Shown here piece after piece: positions 8,566 through 16,488 of a stretch of 23,028 bases of DNA. Each line of letters starts with the position of its first letter. The stretch's first letter is position 1. Both the position numbers and the translations under genes were made by a program. Source of the DNA: an uncultured virus (IMG/VR IMGVR_UViG_2504643008_000009) (taxonomy: Duplodnaviria; Heunggongvirae; Uroviricota; Caudoviricetes); IMG/VR virus record IMGVR_UViG_2504643008_000009; one strand, 5' to 3'. Below the pieces are notes generated by a model. That model searched no databases, was not told the origin of the DNA, and saw nothing but the letters and a program-made list of their open reading frames with translations.

Positions 8566-9704
8566 GCAGCCTCCCTCAGACACGCGATGACGTCTGGATT
8601 CCACAAGAGTTGATAACTGCTGTGCCCGTTGCGTGAGTACGGAATGGCTTCACCCCACACGCGACCGGCTTCGGTTAATTCCCATTCGTCGCGTTCATTA
8701 CGGAACTGAAAGCCTCTGGAGGCTAATAATTGGTTCACCGCCTTGGCCGAGCAATGCAGCCGCTTGCCTAGTTGCGTGGCGTTGAGCAGGCAAAGCGGTT
8801 CCTGCAACGCAGGCAATGCACGGCGTAGTTCTTCGGTTGTTAAATTCGTGTTGCTTTTGATGCAGGCCAGCGTTGCCGCTGCGGCAATCCCTGGCTTCAT
8901 CCCTGGCACCGTGGAAATGTATTGGCCGATTAATAGGAGTGCGGCAATGCGATCCTGTGTCGGCCCAGGCAAGGTGGGCAGCGCCCCCGGTGTGGAGTAC
9001 GTGCCTGTCTTGCGCAGGGTGGGCAGGACTTCGCTCGTCACCCAACGCTTAAAACGCTTGGCCGCAGGTTTTGTGCTGCCCATGATCAGGGCATACAAAC
9101 CGGATTCGTTAATGTGGTTGGTCTGTCGGGTGCGCCCTAGGTTGTCGGTTGCGTCCAGCTTCTGGACGTCTTCTACATCGACGTGTGATTCAATCGCTTG
9201 GCGCGGATTGCCAAACTCTAATATTGAGCACACGTCATTGGCGTTGAACCATGGCGCATTGGCCTCGTCGAGCTGAATACGCACATCTTTTGATTCAAAT
9301 TGGAATGGGGTGATTGCGTTGGCGGAATGCGTGGAGTGGTCAAGCGCGGGACGGTTGCCTGTCTTGCGCATGGTTGGCAGCACTCCCTCAAATACCCAAC
9401 GCTCGAACCGCTCTGCGGCAGGGAGTTTGCTGCTCACAATCAAGCGGAGCATGTCAGGCTCGGAGATGATCCGGACTTCCTGCATTCCGCCTGGTGTCTG
9501 AAGGGGGAGGCGTTTTGCCTCCCCCTTGCAGTGGGCACTCAAAGCTTTGCTGTGATCGGCGTAGCCTAATACCGCAGCAACATCCTTGCCGACGAACCAC
9601 ACTTCACCGTGATCATCGACCACAGTTCGCACGGCTTGCGATTCAAAGTGAAACGGTGTGATTGCGTTCATTCCAACTCCCTGTTCATTACTGATGGTGT
9701 TCAT
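8562..9704 (-). CDS. Double Bro-N domain antirepressor-like protein
   Basis: Two Bro-N repeats (NAITPFHFES.. and NAITPFQFES.., each ending VLPTxRKTG) plus an ANT-like tail (NATQLGKRL..SAKAVNQLL). Alternative start at 9671. Confidence 0.85.
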   Translation of the reverse strand: MNTISNEQGVGMNAITPFHFESQAVRTVVDDHGEVWFVGKDVAAVLGYADHSKALSAHCKGEAKRLPLQTPGGMQEVRIISEPDMLRLIVSSKLPAAERFERWVFEGVLPTMRKTGNRPALDHSTHSANAITPFQFESKDVRIQLDEANAPWFNANDVCSILEFGNPRQAIESHVDVEDVQKLDATDNLGRTRQTNHINESGLYALIMGSTKPAAKRFKRWVTSEVLPTLRKTGTYSTPGALPTLPGPTQDRIAALLLIGQYISTVPGMKPGIAAAATLACIKSNTNLTTEELRRALPALQEPLCLLNATQLGKRLHCSAKAVNQLLASRGFQFRNERDEWELTEAGRVWGEAIPYSRNGHSSYQLLWNPDVIACLREAA

Positions 9705-10489
9705 GACAGATGCCTGCTTGCATTGCCCATGCCCTTTTGGGCGGCCTGCTCCATGTGCGGGCCGATGGCTTTTTCTGAGAACGCTTTACTCATGCGCTCA
9801 ATCGCGACTTTTGCGATATCTGGTAGATGCTTGCTTGGAAACGTTGGGTGTCTGACCCAATCCGCTACTTCGTCGCTAGTAAGAAAATTGGTATGCAGTG
9901 TTACGGGTGTCAGCCGTAGCCTGAAGTCAGGACCGAAATCCAGTATCCAGCGATGCCATCTCAGTAGTTCGACGAGTGCCGATGTGGCAATGGCTTTACT
10001 ATCTTCCAACCCTTTTGGAAATTCAGGCTCTTTTATTCCTGCGGACTCAAGTAGCCTTCTGACATCGCTAATCCAACGGCTATGAGCGGTGTTTAACTCC
10101 TCCATTTGCTTACGGTCTTTGGAGTAGCTGCGCATCTGGTCGTATTCCAGATCGGGATTCACTGTGTACTCGCCCGTCTTGCGGATCGAGGGAAGGACTT
10201 CGCCAGCTAACCACTTCTGGAATGGCAGAGCCTTTGGTTTATCACTGCGGCCAAGAAAGAAGTACAAACCAGGTTCGGAAATAACGATGACTTCTTGCTG
10301 CCCAGAGGGGGTGGAAACGGATTCCACCCCCCTCCACTCTGAGGGAACATGACTAATGCTTTTGCTAGCGTTCCAGCGATACTCCAACGCTTCGGCAATA
10401 TCCTTAGCAACGAACCACGGATTGCCATCGCGCATCACAACGCGCACAACGTGGGAATGAAAATCGAACGGAATAATGGACCGCGTCAT
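9701..10489 (-). CDS. Bro-N antirepressor-like protein
   Basis: PWFVAKDIAEALEY..ISEPGLY..EVLPSIRKTGEY; C-terminal ~155 aa nearly identical to 4111..4947. Confidence 0.87.
   Translation of the reverse strand: MTRSIIPFDFHSHVVRVVMRDGNPWFVAKDIAEALEYRWNASKSISHVPSEWRGVESVSTPSGQQEVIVISEPGLYFFLGRSDKPKALPFQKWLAGEVLPSIRKTGEYTVNPDLEYDQMRSYSKDRKQMEELNTAHSRWISDVRRLLESAGIKEPEFPKGLEDSKAIATSALVELLRWHRWILDFGPDFRLRLTPVTLHTNFLTSDEVADWVRHPTFPSKHLPDIAKVAIERMSKAFSEKAIGPHMEQAAQKGMGNASRHLS
9710..10175. repeat. 466-bp direct repeat, copy 2
   Basis: Matches 4120-4585. Confidence 0.95.
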
Positions 10490-11088
10490 AGAACGTCTCC
10501 TACTGCTGAGATGAGGCTACGGGAGACGTTTTGACGCGCCACGCCCGTAGGTGTCGGGAGGTTCAAAACCGCGCAGTAGTTACGGCGCACAGCTTTTCCC
10601 TTGCGGGTCTTGTATCGCTGTTGCCCTCCCGACATAAAAACGTACGAGTATAAAAAATCCGCGAGCTGACGAGTGCGGATACCGCCACTGCAAGAGTTTT
10701 GAAGCTCCTTACCGAAGACGGTACCGCAGCGGTGAATGTGGGTCAAGCTCACGGTGTCATTGCTTACATAGCTCCCCGTCTTGCGGATTGAGGGCAGGAC
10801 TTCATCCGTAACCCAATCCGAGAAGGCAACAGCCTCTGGCTTACGGCTCCGTAGGACAAGGCGGTATAAGCCCCCTTCGGAAACGATCGTAAGTGATTGA
10901 TTTCCTTTGATGGTACTCACAATGTGAGTACCCTTCTGATGTGCACCAACGTGGCGTGCTGCATTAGCCGCATCGCGGTAGCCGAGCGCTACAGCAACAT
11001 CGGTAGCAACGAACCACGGATTGCCATCGCGCATCACAATGCGGACAGTGTGGGAATTAAAGTCAAACGGAATAATGGACTGCGACAT
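10486..11088 (-). CDS. Bro-N protein whose C-terminal part reads through c4 cassette 2 (frame also open upstream to 11349)
   Basis: MSQSIIPFDF..PWFVATDVAVALGY..EVLPSIRKTGSY; GGGAG RBS; stop overlaps the next ATG. Confidence 0.8.
   Translation of the reverse strand: MSQSIIPFDFNSHTVRIVMRDGNPWFVATDVAVALGYRDAANAARHVGAHQKGTHIVSTIKGNQSLTIVSEGGLYRLVLRSRKPEAVAFSDWVTDEVLPSIRKTGSYVSNDTVSLTHIHRCGTVFGKELQNSCSGGIRTRQLADFLYSYVFMSGGQQRYKTRKGKAVRRNYCAVLNLPTPTGVARQNVSRSLISAVGDVL
10553..10633 (-). ncRNA. c4-like antisense RNA, cassette 2
   Basis: Closing stem GTCGGGAGG/CCTCCCGAC, CCC-GCAA-GGG hairpin, seeds CTACTGC and GTTTTGAA complementary to sites both upstream and downstream. Confidence 0.75.
10718..10746 (-). 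promoter_or_regulatory. Sigma70-type promoter of cassette 2
   Basis: TTGACC-17 bp-TACCGT; both hexamers are conserved in all three cassettes while this spacer differs. Confidence 0.65.
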
Positions 11089-11152
11089 AAAAATGTCTCC
11101 CGATTTATGAGAAGAACACAGGGAGACGTTCTTACGCGCCGCACCTGTGGGT

Positions 11153-11230
11153 GTCGGGAGGTTAAGAACCGAAATCGGACGGCGGGCAGCTTTCCCCTTG
11201 CGGGTGTTGTATGGCTGCCGCCCTCCCGAC
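11153..11230 (-). ncRNA. c4-like antisense RNA, cassette 1
   Basis: 78 nt, stem GTCGGGAGG/CCTCCCGAC, GCAA hairpin, seeds CCGATTTCGG and GTTCTTAA with matching flanking targets. Confidence 0.78.
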
Positions 11231-11314
11231 GTAAAGCGTGCGGGCGTAAAAAAACCGCATGATTTTCGGATGCGGGTACCGCCGATTTCGGAGTTCTTAA
11301 GCTCCTTACCGGCG

Positions 11315-11343
11315 ACGGTACCGCAGCGGCGTACAGTGGTCAA
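11315..11343 (-). promoter_or_regulatory. Sigma70-type promoter of cassette 1
   Basis: TTGACC-17 bp-TACCGT. Confidence 0.65.
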
Positions 11344-11345
11344 GC

Positions 11346-11711
11346 TCACGCTGTCGCCTCCACTGACGCTAATATCGGCAGTGCGGAGAGAAAACGTTCA
11401 AATTCAGCGCCGAACAGCGCGCTGTAAGTAACATGGACGGTGCCATCTGCTACAGGTGTGCTTACGTGCTGACTAAAGACAAGATCAGAATCAAACTCCT
11501 TATCAGAGGAAAGCTGATCGAGGAAGCCCAAAGCCAACTCAACAGCACGCTTTCTGGAATTAACAGGAATGTTTTCCAAAAGGGTCGCAAGCTGCCTTAG
11601 CTGCTCTTGCATCCCTGAAATATCAAAGAAAAAGCGAACAGCGGTGCTCATGGCATCACCGTCGCCAGAGTGCACCGTGTCCACGGCCCCGCTGTCATTG
11701 CTTGCTTTCAT
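11346..11711 (-). CDS. Hypothetical phage protein
   Basis: ATGA coupling to the upstream ORF; in the operon direction. Confidence 0.55.
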   Translation of the reverse strand: MKASNDSGAVDTVHSGDGDAMSTAVRFFFDISGMQEQLRQLATLLENIPVNSRKRAVELALGFLDQLSSDKEFDSDLVFSQHVSTPVADGTVHVTYSALFGAEFERFLSALPILASVEATA

Positions 11712-11956
11712 TCTTGATTCCTTAAGGGCTTTTTAAGTCCCTTCAAATAAACCACCACGCCTTTTCCAAGAGGCGAATGCCCATTCTTGGCCCGTAGCAG
11801 ATAAGCGTCCTTTAGTGCTTGTTTTGCAGCGTGTTCTACCGCTTCATCAACGCAAGCCAGTCCATAGATTTGTGTGTATTGCTCAAACATTTTTCGATCA
11901 GCAGGGCTTAGATCAATTTTCACAGGGCCTCCAAAGGGCCTGGTTAGGCACTTCAA
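11708..11956 (-). CDS. Hypothetical phage protein (small, possible DNA-binding)
   Basis: Overlapping stop/start chain with its neighbours. Confidence 0.55.
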   Translation of the reverse strand: MKCLTRPFGGPVKIDLSPADRKMFEQYTQIYGLACVDEAVEHAAKQALKDAYLLRAKNGHSPLGKGVVVYLKGLKKPLRNQE

Positions 11957-12141
11957 GCCGCGTCTGCTTGCCGCTTATCATTCTTTATCGCAGCAGTTGC
12001 TACCGATAACGCAAGTTCACGAACTAACGCCGCTGGTTGCATCCCGTTGTATTGAGCCAACGCAAGGATCAATTCGCGTTCGGCATCGTTAAAACGCACC
12101 TTCACCGGGTGACTACGAATGTGAGTTGGATCGGCATACAT
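11953..12141 (-). CDS. Small RHH-like regulator
   Basis: VKVRFNDAERELILALAQYNGMQPAALVREL pattern. Confidence 0.6.
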   Translation of the reverse strand: MYADPTHIRSHPVKVRFNDAERELILALAQYNGMQPAALVRELALSVATAAIKNDKRQADAA

Positions 12142-12201
12142 GGATTCATTACCAAGGGTTATTCAATGTCATTGGAAAGATCGAATACAGCGCATCACAC
12201 G

Positions 12202-12699
12202 TCACAGGGATTTCCCCACGACCTCTTGATGCTTCTTAAAAGCTTCTGCTTGATGCTGCATCAGCAAAAGATCTACTTGGGTTTTAAGCACCTCTATTGC
12301 CTCGCTGCGTTTTCTTTCTCTGGGAAAAGCAGCTTCTTGACTAGACATAGCTCTAATTTGGAGGTCCGAAATGTGTGTCAACAAGCTTGAAACGATGTCA
12401 TATAAAAACGAGATTCGACGCTCCAACGCCGCTGCGTTAATGGGTGCTTCTTCTTGCGTTGACGTTGCTTTGGGTTTTTCAGATTTCCCCAACATCCATC
12501 GCATCGGCTTGCCTGCGAATCCTCGACTCAAATCTAATTCAAGCAATAAGTCTTTCCGGGCTTTCACTTGTGACCGTGGCGGTCGTTTACAGAAAAGTGG
12601 CAAGGTGGGCTTGGATGATCGTTCTCCACAAATGGATAAAAGGGTACGTAAAGAAGCACCCCACAGCGAAGTAAAAAAAGTGCCTTTCTCACGCAGCAT
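12202..12699 (-). CDS. Hypothetical protein downstream of cro (start uncertain)
   Basis: Open frame; ATG at 12699 overlaps the cro end; helical C-terminal half. Confidence 0.35.
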   Translation of the reverse strand: MLREKGTFFTSLWGASLRTLLSICGERSSKPTLPLFCKRPPRSQVKARKDLLLELDLSRGFAGKPMRWMLGKSEKPKATSTQEEAPINAAALERRISFLYDIVSSLLTHISDLQIRAMSSQEAAFPRERKRSEAIEVLKTQVDLLLMQHQAEAFKKHQEVVGKSL

Positions 12700-12937
12700 C
12701 GGACACCTCCTGCCTGTGGCCTGTGGGGGGAGCGCCGAAGATAAGAACTTCTTTGCAAAGTTCTCCCTTCGAGATGCGCTCAATAGCTACGGCACGCTCC
12801 GGCGTAATACGAACTCGCCCTTTCTCAATTTGGGAAACGAGCGCTTGCGTAGTCGGGCAGCCGCCCTCAGTAAGCAGGCGCGCTAGTTTGGCTTGAGAGA
12901 TACCGACTGATGATCGGTAGGTTTTGATGATGTCCAT
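12689..12937 (-). CDS. cro: Cro/YdaS-like HTH repressor
   Basis: ISQAKLARLL..TTQALVSQIEKG..ITPERAVAIERISKG; divergent from cI. Confidence 0.85.
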   Translation of the reverse strand: MDIIKTYRSSVGISQAKLARLLTEGGCPTTQALVSQIEKGRVRITPERAVAIERISKGELCKEVLIFGAPPTGHRQEVSDAA

Positions 12938-12943
12938 CAGCAA

Positions 12944-13020
12944 ACAATAGCGCCACTTATCAAGAATATCAATAGTGGCGCTAATTGGTGATGAGCGCAG
13001 AAACAATTAGCGTTTTTAAT
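12944..13020. promoter_or_regulatory. OR region: pR, pRM and three 15-bp operators
   Basis: Operators AATAGCGCCACTTAT 12946-60, AATAGTGGCGCTAAT 12971-85, ATTAGCGTTTTTAAT 13006-20. pR (minus) TTGATA-17-TATTGT; pRM (plus) TTGGTG-17-TAGCGT. Confidence 0.75.
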
Positions 13021-13755
13021 ATGAATATACCTAGGACTAGAAAAGCCAAGCCCACACCAGCTGATATTGAAGCTGGAAAGCGTTTACGTGCTGAATGGGA
13101 TAAGCATGCTTTTGCACTTGGCTTAACGCAGGAAAAAATGGCAGACATCCTTGGCGGCACCCAAGGTTTAGTCAGCCAGTACCTTACACAGAGAATTCCT
13201 CTGAACTATAGGTCTTTGCTTCTCTTCTCCAAGGCACTTAATATCGCCCCGGAAGTCATTAGAACGGACCTTCCAGAACAAAAACTAGTTCAACCTTCTA
13301 CGAATACTGAAGACATGTGGGCTGATGTATGCAGTTATACGCAAGGTATGGGGTTAGGCACTACTGGACCAGAGATCGCGGAGGATGTGGATACCCACAT
13401 TCTGAAATTCCGCAAGGATTCGTTACATAAAAGGCACCTAAACTATGAAAACCTTGTCATCATGCATGGTAACGGCGATTCCATGCTCCCCAACATTGAA
13501 TCAGGGGACGCCATTATGTTTGACACATCAGACACTACGCCCCATGACAAGCACATCTATGTGATTGTCACCCCAGGTGCCGCCGCTGATGAGTACAACG
13601 TTAAGCGATGTATCATTGATAATAAAAAGCAGGTTTTTTTTGCCGCCGACAACCCTCTGGGGGATCACGACTGGAAGTCACCACGCTGGAAAGATGATCC
13701 AAATTACCCAATTAAGATTATTGGCAGGGTGAGGTGGGTTGGTAGGTGGCTATAG
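13021..13755 (+). CDS. cI: CI-like repressor (HTH + S24 peptidase domain)
   Basis: LTQEKMADILGGTQGLVSQYL HTH; GDSMLPNIESGD and NVKR catalytic motifs; IIGRVRW end. Confidence 0.92.
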   Translation: MNIPRTRKAKPTPADIEAGKRLRAEWDKHAFALGLTQEKMADILGGTQGLVSQYLTQRIPLNYRSLLLFSKALNIAPEVIRTDLPEQKLVQPSTNTEDMWADVCSYTQGMGLGTTGPEIAEDVDTHILKFRKDSLHKRHLNYENLVIMHGNGDSMLPNIESGDAIMFDTSDTTPHDKHIYVIVTPGAAADEYNVKRCIIDNKKQVFFAADNPLGDHDWKSPRWKDDPNYPIKIIGRVRWVGRWL

Positions 13756-13812
13756 TAATTGCAGCCACCTCCACCGCGACCCTCTTCAGCACGATAGTGT
13801 TACGCTAATGGT

Positions 13813-14331
13813 ATGGATACCGAATTGCATACCATGCGATGGGAACTTCTGTGGGGAGTGCAAAAGTCACAGCGCTATCACTCCTGCCGTATGGCGTTCT
13901 TTGAACGCTGCAACATGCTGAGTTCTTTTATCGGTCTATTGGGCGCTTCCGCCGTCATTGCTTCGTTCGGCAAGTACACAGCAGAGTGGATGGCTATTGC
14001 CGGAGCAGTCACTGTCACCATCGCCACCAGTATTAACCTGGTGGCTGGAACGGCACAGATGGCCCGTATCCATAGCGACCTACGCCGCCGCTTCTCTCAA
14101 CTTGAGTCCGACATCGTCAAGCATCCAGACGCAACGCAAGAACAAGTTTCTGCCTGGACTGCACAGCGTCTGGAGATAGAAAGCGATGAGCCGCCGATCT
14201 TTATTGCCTTGGATATTTTGTGTGAGAACCAGGTGACGCGATCTTATGCCCATCTAAAGGACCATCCATCGCACAAACTGCCCTGGTTCAAGCGTGTTAC
14301 GGCTCAGTGGCTGACGTGGGGAAATGCATAA
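13813..14331 (+). CDS. Two-TM membrane protein, SLATT-like topology
   Basis: N-terminal helix (SQRYH), two TM helices, then MARIHSDLRRRFSQLE helix. Confidence 0.6.
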   Translation: MDTELHTMRWELLWGVQKSQRYHSCRMAFFERCNMLSSFIGLLGASAVIASFGKYTAEWMAIAGAVTVTIATSINLVAGTAQMARIHSDLRRRFSQLESDIVKHPDATQEQVSAWTAQRLEIESDEPPIFIALDILCENQVTRSYAHLKDHPSHKLPWFKRVTAQWLTWGNA

Positions 14332-14353
14332 CTTGCGATGAGGAAAGATCACC

Positions 14354-14644
14354 ATGCGCCCCTCTGTTGCACTTGAGATGAAGCGCACCGCAGTGCGTGA
14401 AGCGGTAGGCCGCTTCCGCGCCGCTAACCCGCGTGTTTTCGGTTCGGTGCTACATGGCACTGACCACGACGGCAGCGACATTGATCTGCTGGTGGATGCA
14501 TTGCCTGGTGCGACACTGTTCGACCTAGGCGATCTTGAAGAAGAACTGAAATCGTTACTCGGCGTTGACGTCGATGTACTAACGTCAGGCGATCTGCCGC
14601 TTAAGTTCCGGGCGAAGGTGCTCGCGGAAGCGCAGCCAATATGA
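14354..14644 (+). CDS. mntA: Minimal nucleotidyltransferase (MNT) antitoxin
   Basis: FGSVLHGTDHDGSDIDLLVD = GS-X10-DXD; LLGVDVDVLT. Confidence 0.9.
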   Translation: MRPSVALEMKRTAVREAVGRFRAANPRVFGSVLHGTDHDGSDIDLLVDALPGATLFDLGDLEEELKSLLGVDVDVLTSGDLPLKFRAKVLAEAQPI

Positions 14645-15009
14645 GTGGGAATAGACTTCCAGATTACCTTGAGCACATGCAGCAGGCCGCCACAGATGCG
14701 TGTAGTTTTGTGGAAGGTTTGGCCAAAGAGGATTTTCTTGAGGACAAACGAACCCAGCAAGCCGTCATCATGAGCCTTATTATCATTGGTGAAGCCGTCA
14801 CAAAGGTGATGGATCGCTATGCTGAGTTTACCCAGGCACATGATCAGGTACCTTGGCGGAGTATGCGCGGCATGCGTAATCGCATCGCTCATGGCTACTT
14901 TGAAATTAACCTTGACGTGGTGTGGGATACCGTGCAATCAGCGCTCCCAGAGTTGCTCAAGCAATTGGCCGCTGTGCGTCAAGATGCCAATGACCAATCA
15001 CTTTTATAA
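14641..15009 (+). CDS. hepT: HEPN (DUF86) ribonuclease toxin
   Basis: IIGEA and PWRSMRGMRNRIAHGY = R-X4-H-X-Y; ATGA overlap with the MNT gene. Confidence 0.9.
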   Translation: MSGNRLPDYLEHMQQAATDACSFVEGLAKEDFLEDKRTQQAVIMSLIIIGEAVTKVMDRYAEFTQAHDQVPWRSMRGMRNRIAHGYFEINLDVVWDTVQSALPELLKQLAAVRQDANDQSLL

Positions 15010-15027
15010 GAGTCTAGAAGTTTTTTT

Positions 15028-15201
15028 ATGGGAAACGTGAGGTATAGAAAACATGAAGAATCCTCTAAGGTGAGAAGGGCGGTGCTTGGCCTTGTCTCTG
15101 AAGTTGTTGAAGTCAAGGAAAGAAATTCACGCCAGATAGCCCGCATTAAAAACGGTATGAAGCATGGTGCTGCGGAAGGAAGCAAAAAATTCCGTATTTG
15201 A
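15028..15201 (+). CDS. Small basic hypothetical protein, 57 aa (absent from the ORF track)
   Basis: MGNVRYRKHEESSKVRRAVLGLVSEVVEVKERNSRQIARIKNGMKHGAAEGSKKFRI fills the gap; stop overlaps the TTG of the next ORF. Confidence 0.45.
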   Translation: MGNVRYRKHEESSKVRRAVLGLVSEVVEVKERNSRQIARIKNGMKHGAAEGSKKFRI

Positions 15202-15599
15202 CGCTGGAAAGTTCATCACTTGCGGGCGACGGCAATCTGTCCCATGATGCCAGCATGGAAGCACGTATAGTTCAACTTGAAACCATCATCCCCACACTTG
15301 CCACCAAGGCAGATGTTGAAAGCTTGCGGGCTGACTTAAACAAGTCGGCAGGTGAACTACTGGCCGACTTAAACAAGTCGGCGGGTGAGATGCGTGCTGA
15401 TTTCGAGAAGGCTCAAAAAGAAAACCGGACATGGATGCTCGCTACGGTATTAGCCCTTTTTGCAGGCATTCTTGGTGTTGGCGGCTTCGTGGTCAGCAGC
15501 ATCAAGGGGAGCTATCAAGCGTTACCGGCTCAGTCCGCCCCAATCATCATCCAAGTTCCTGCTCAAGCATTGCAGCCACCGCCGCAAGCGGCTAAGTAG
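15198..15599 (+). CDS. Coiled-coil protein with one C-proximal TM helix (DUF1640/CCDC90-like; ATG alternative at 15255)
   Basis: LATKADV motif, repeated ADLNKSAGE, TM WMLATVLALFAGILGVGGFVV. Confidence 0.65.
   Translation: MTLESSSLAGDGNLSHDASMEARIVQLETIIPTLATKADVESLRADLNKSAGELLADLNKSAGEMRADFEKAQKENRTWMLATVLALFAGILGVGGFVVSSIKGSYQALPAQSAPIIIQVPAQALQPPPQAAK
15330..15395 (+). repeat. 33-bp in-frame tandem repeat x2
   Basis: GCTGACTTAAACAAGTCGGCAGGTGAA.. and GCCGACTTAAACAAGTCGGCGGGTGAG.. Confidence 0.85.
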
Positions 15600-15762
15600 T
15601 TTCTTTAGATTTGGGTTGCTCACGAAACGGCGCTAATGATATTAGTACCGCCGTAACAATCTCTTAGTGTCTGCTGTGTCATTCCCAGTTATGGAATGCG
15701 ACGAGTTCACTTTTCCTACTGAAAAAGCATTCATTGTGCTTTCATAAGAGATACACATAATT

Positions 15763-15804
15763 ATTAGTGCCGCTATTTACATTAATAATAAGCGGCACTA
15801 TTGT
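15763..15804 (+). promoter_or_regulatory. OL operators and pL
   Basis: ATTAGTGCCGCTATT 15763-77 and ATAAGCGGCACTATT 15788-802 (25-bp spacing, as at OR); TTTACA-17-TATTGT. Confidence 0.78.
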
Positions 15805-15859
15805 AACTCCATCGCCCCACGACACCCGCACCCGGCGGCAGGGGCCAGGAGATATCGAA

Positions 15860-16300
15860 ATGACATTGTTTTATCGGAATGGCATTAAGAATATGGCTGG
15901 CATTGGCTACAGCAGCTACAACGACCCCCGCCTGCAACCACCGAAAGACGATGCTAAAGAGTATTTCGCAGAACGGGTTAATGCTCGCGTTCAAGAGTAT
16001 TTAAGCGACCCTGAAAAAATCGAAGAAGCCGATGAATGGGTGGACGGTACGTTATCGGAGGCCCATTACAAAGAGATGGAAATCGTTCTAGCGGATTTAC
16101 ATGCCCTGCCTTCGGATCAGTTAAGCGACAGCGATGTATTAGCCCGTCTTTACGCACTGGCCGAAGTGCAAGGACTCGCACGCATGGAACAACTGCGCAT
16201 CCTTGCCGAGCAGGACGTACAAGAGGACATACAAACAGCGCAAGAAGCGCATTGGTATCACCGTAGCGGTATCGATGCCATGCAGGAGAACTACGCATGA
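15860..16300 (+). CDS. Acidic hypothetical phage protein, first gene of the pL operon
   Basis: AGGAG RBS before ATG 15860; coupled to the next ORF. Confidence 0.7.
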   Translation: MTLFYRNGIKNMAGIGYSSYNDPRLQPPKDDAKEYFAERVNARVQEYLSDPEKIEEADEWVDGTLSEAHYKEMEIVLADLHALPSDQLSDSDVLARLYALAEVQGLARMEQLRILAEQDVQEDIQTAQEAHWYHRSGIDAMQENYA

Positions 16301-16488
16301 TCCCCTGCACCATCACCGCACGCACCAAGCAGGGTGTGTACACCTACACCGGCCTGTTTCAGAAAACTGTTGAGGCTAAGTCTGACGCATACCGGCGCTT
16401 CGGATTCCCAGCTGTCATCGCCGTTACAGCCATTCACCGCAAATCAATGCGAAACAACACGCATCCCAGCCCGCCACGTGCGGCGTGA
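16297..16488 (+). CDS. Hypothetical phage protein
   Basis: AGGAG RBS, ATGA overlap. Confidence 0.6.
   Translation: MIPCTITARTKQGVYTYTGLFQKTVEAKSDAYRRFGFPAVIAVTAIHRKSMRNNTHPSPPRAA

Noticed and set aside
4120..10175. Template/variable repeat pair of a diversity-generating retroelement
   Set aside because: No reverse transcriptase in the window, and the few mismatches are not confined to adenines of one copy.
10490..11345. CRISPR array or tRNA explanation for the repeated structured elements
   Set aside because: No repeat-spacer periodicity or cas genes, and no T-loop/anticodon architecture. The layout fits c4-like cassettes.
12371..12886. Plus-strand ORFs (171 aa, and a hydrophobic 76 aa at 12444..12674) opposite the cro operon
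   Set aside because: No clear RBS or family motif. The hydrophobic one cannot be excluded but is unsupported.
15623..15655. Imperfect inverted repeat ACGGCGCTAAT-gat-ATTAGTACCGCCGT
   Set aside because: It could be degenerate operator half-sites or a terminator stem, but it has no U-tract and the call is ambiguous.
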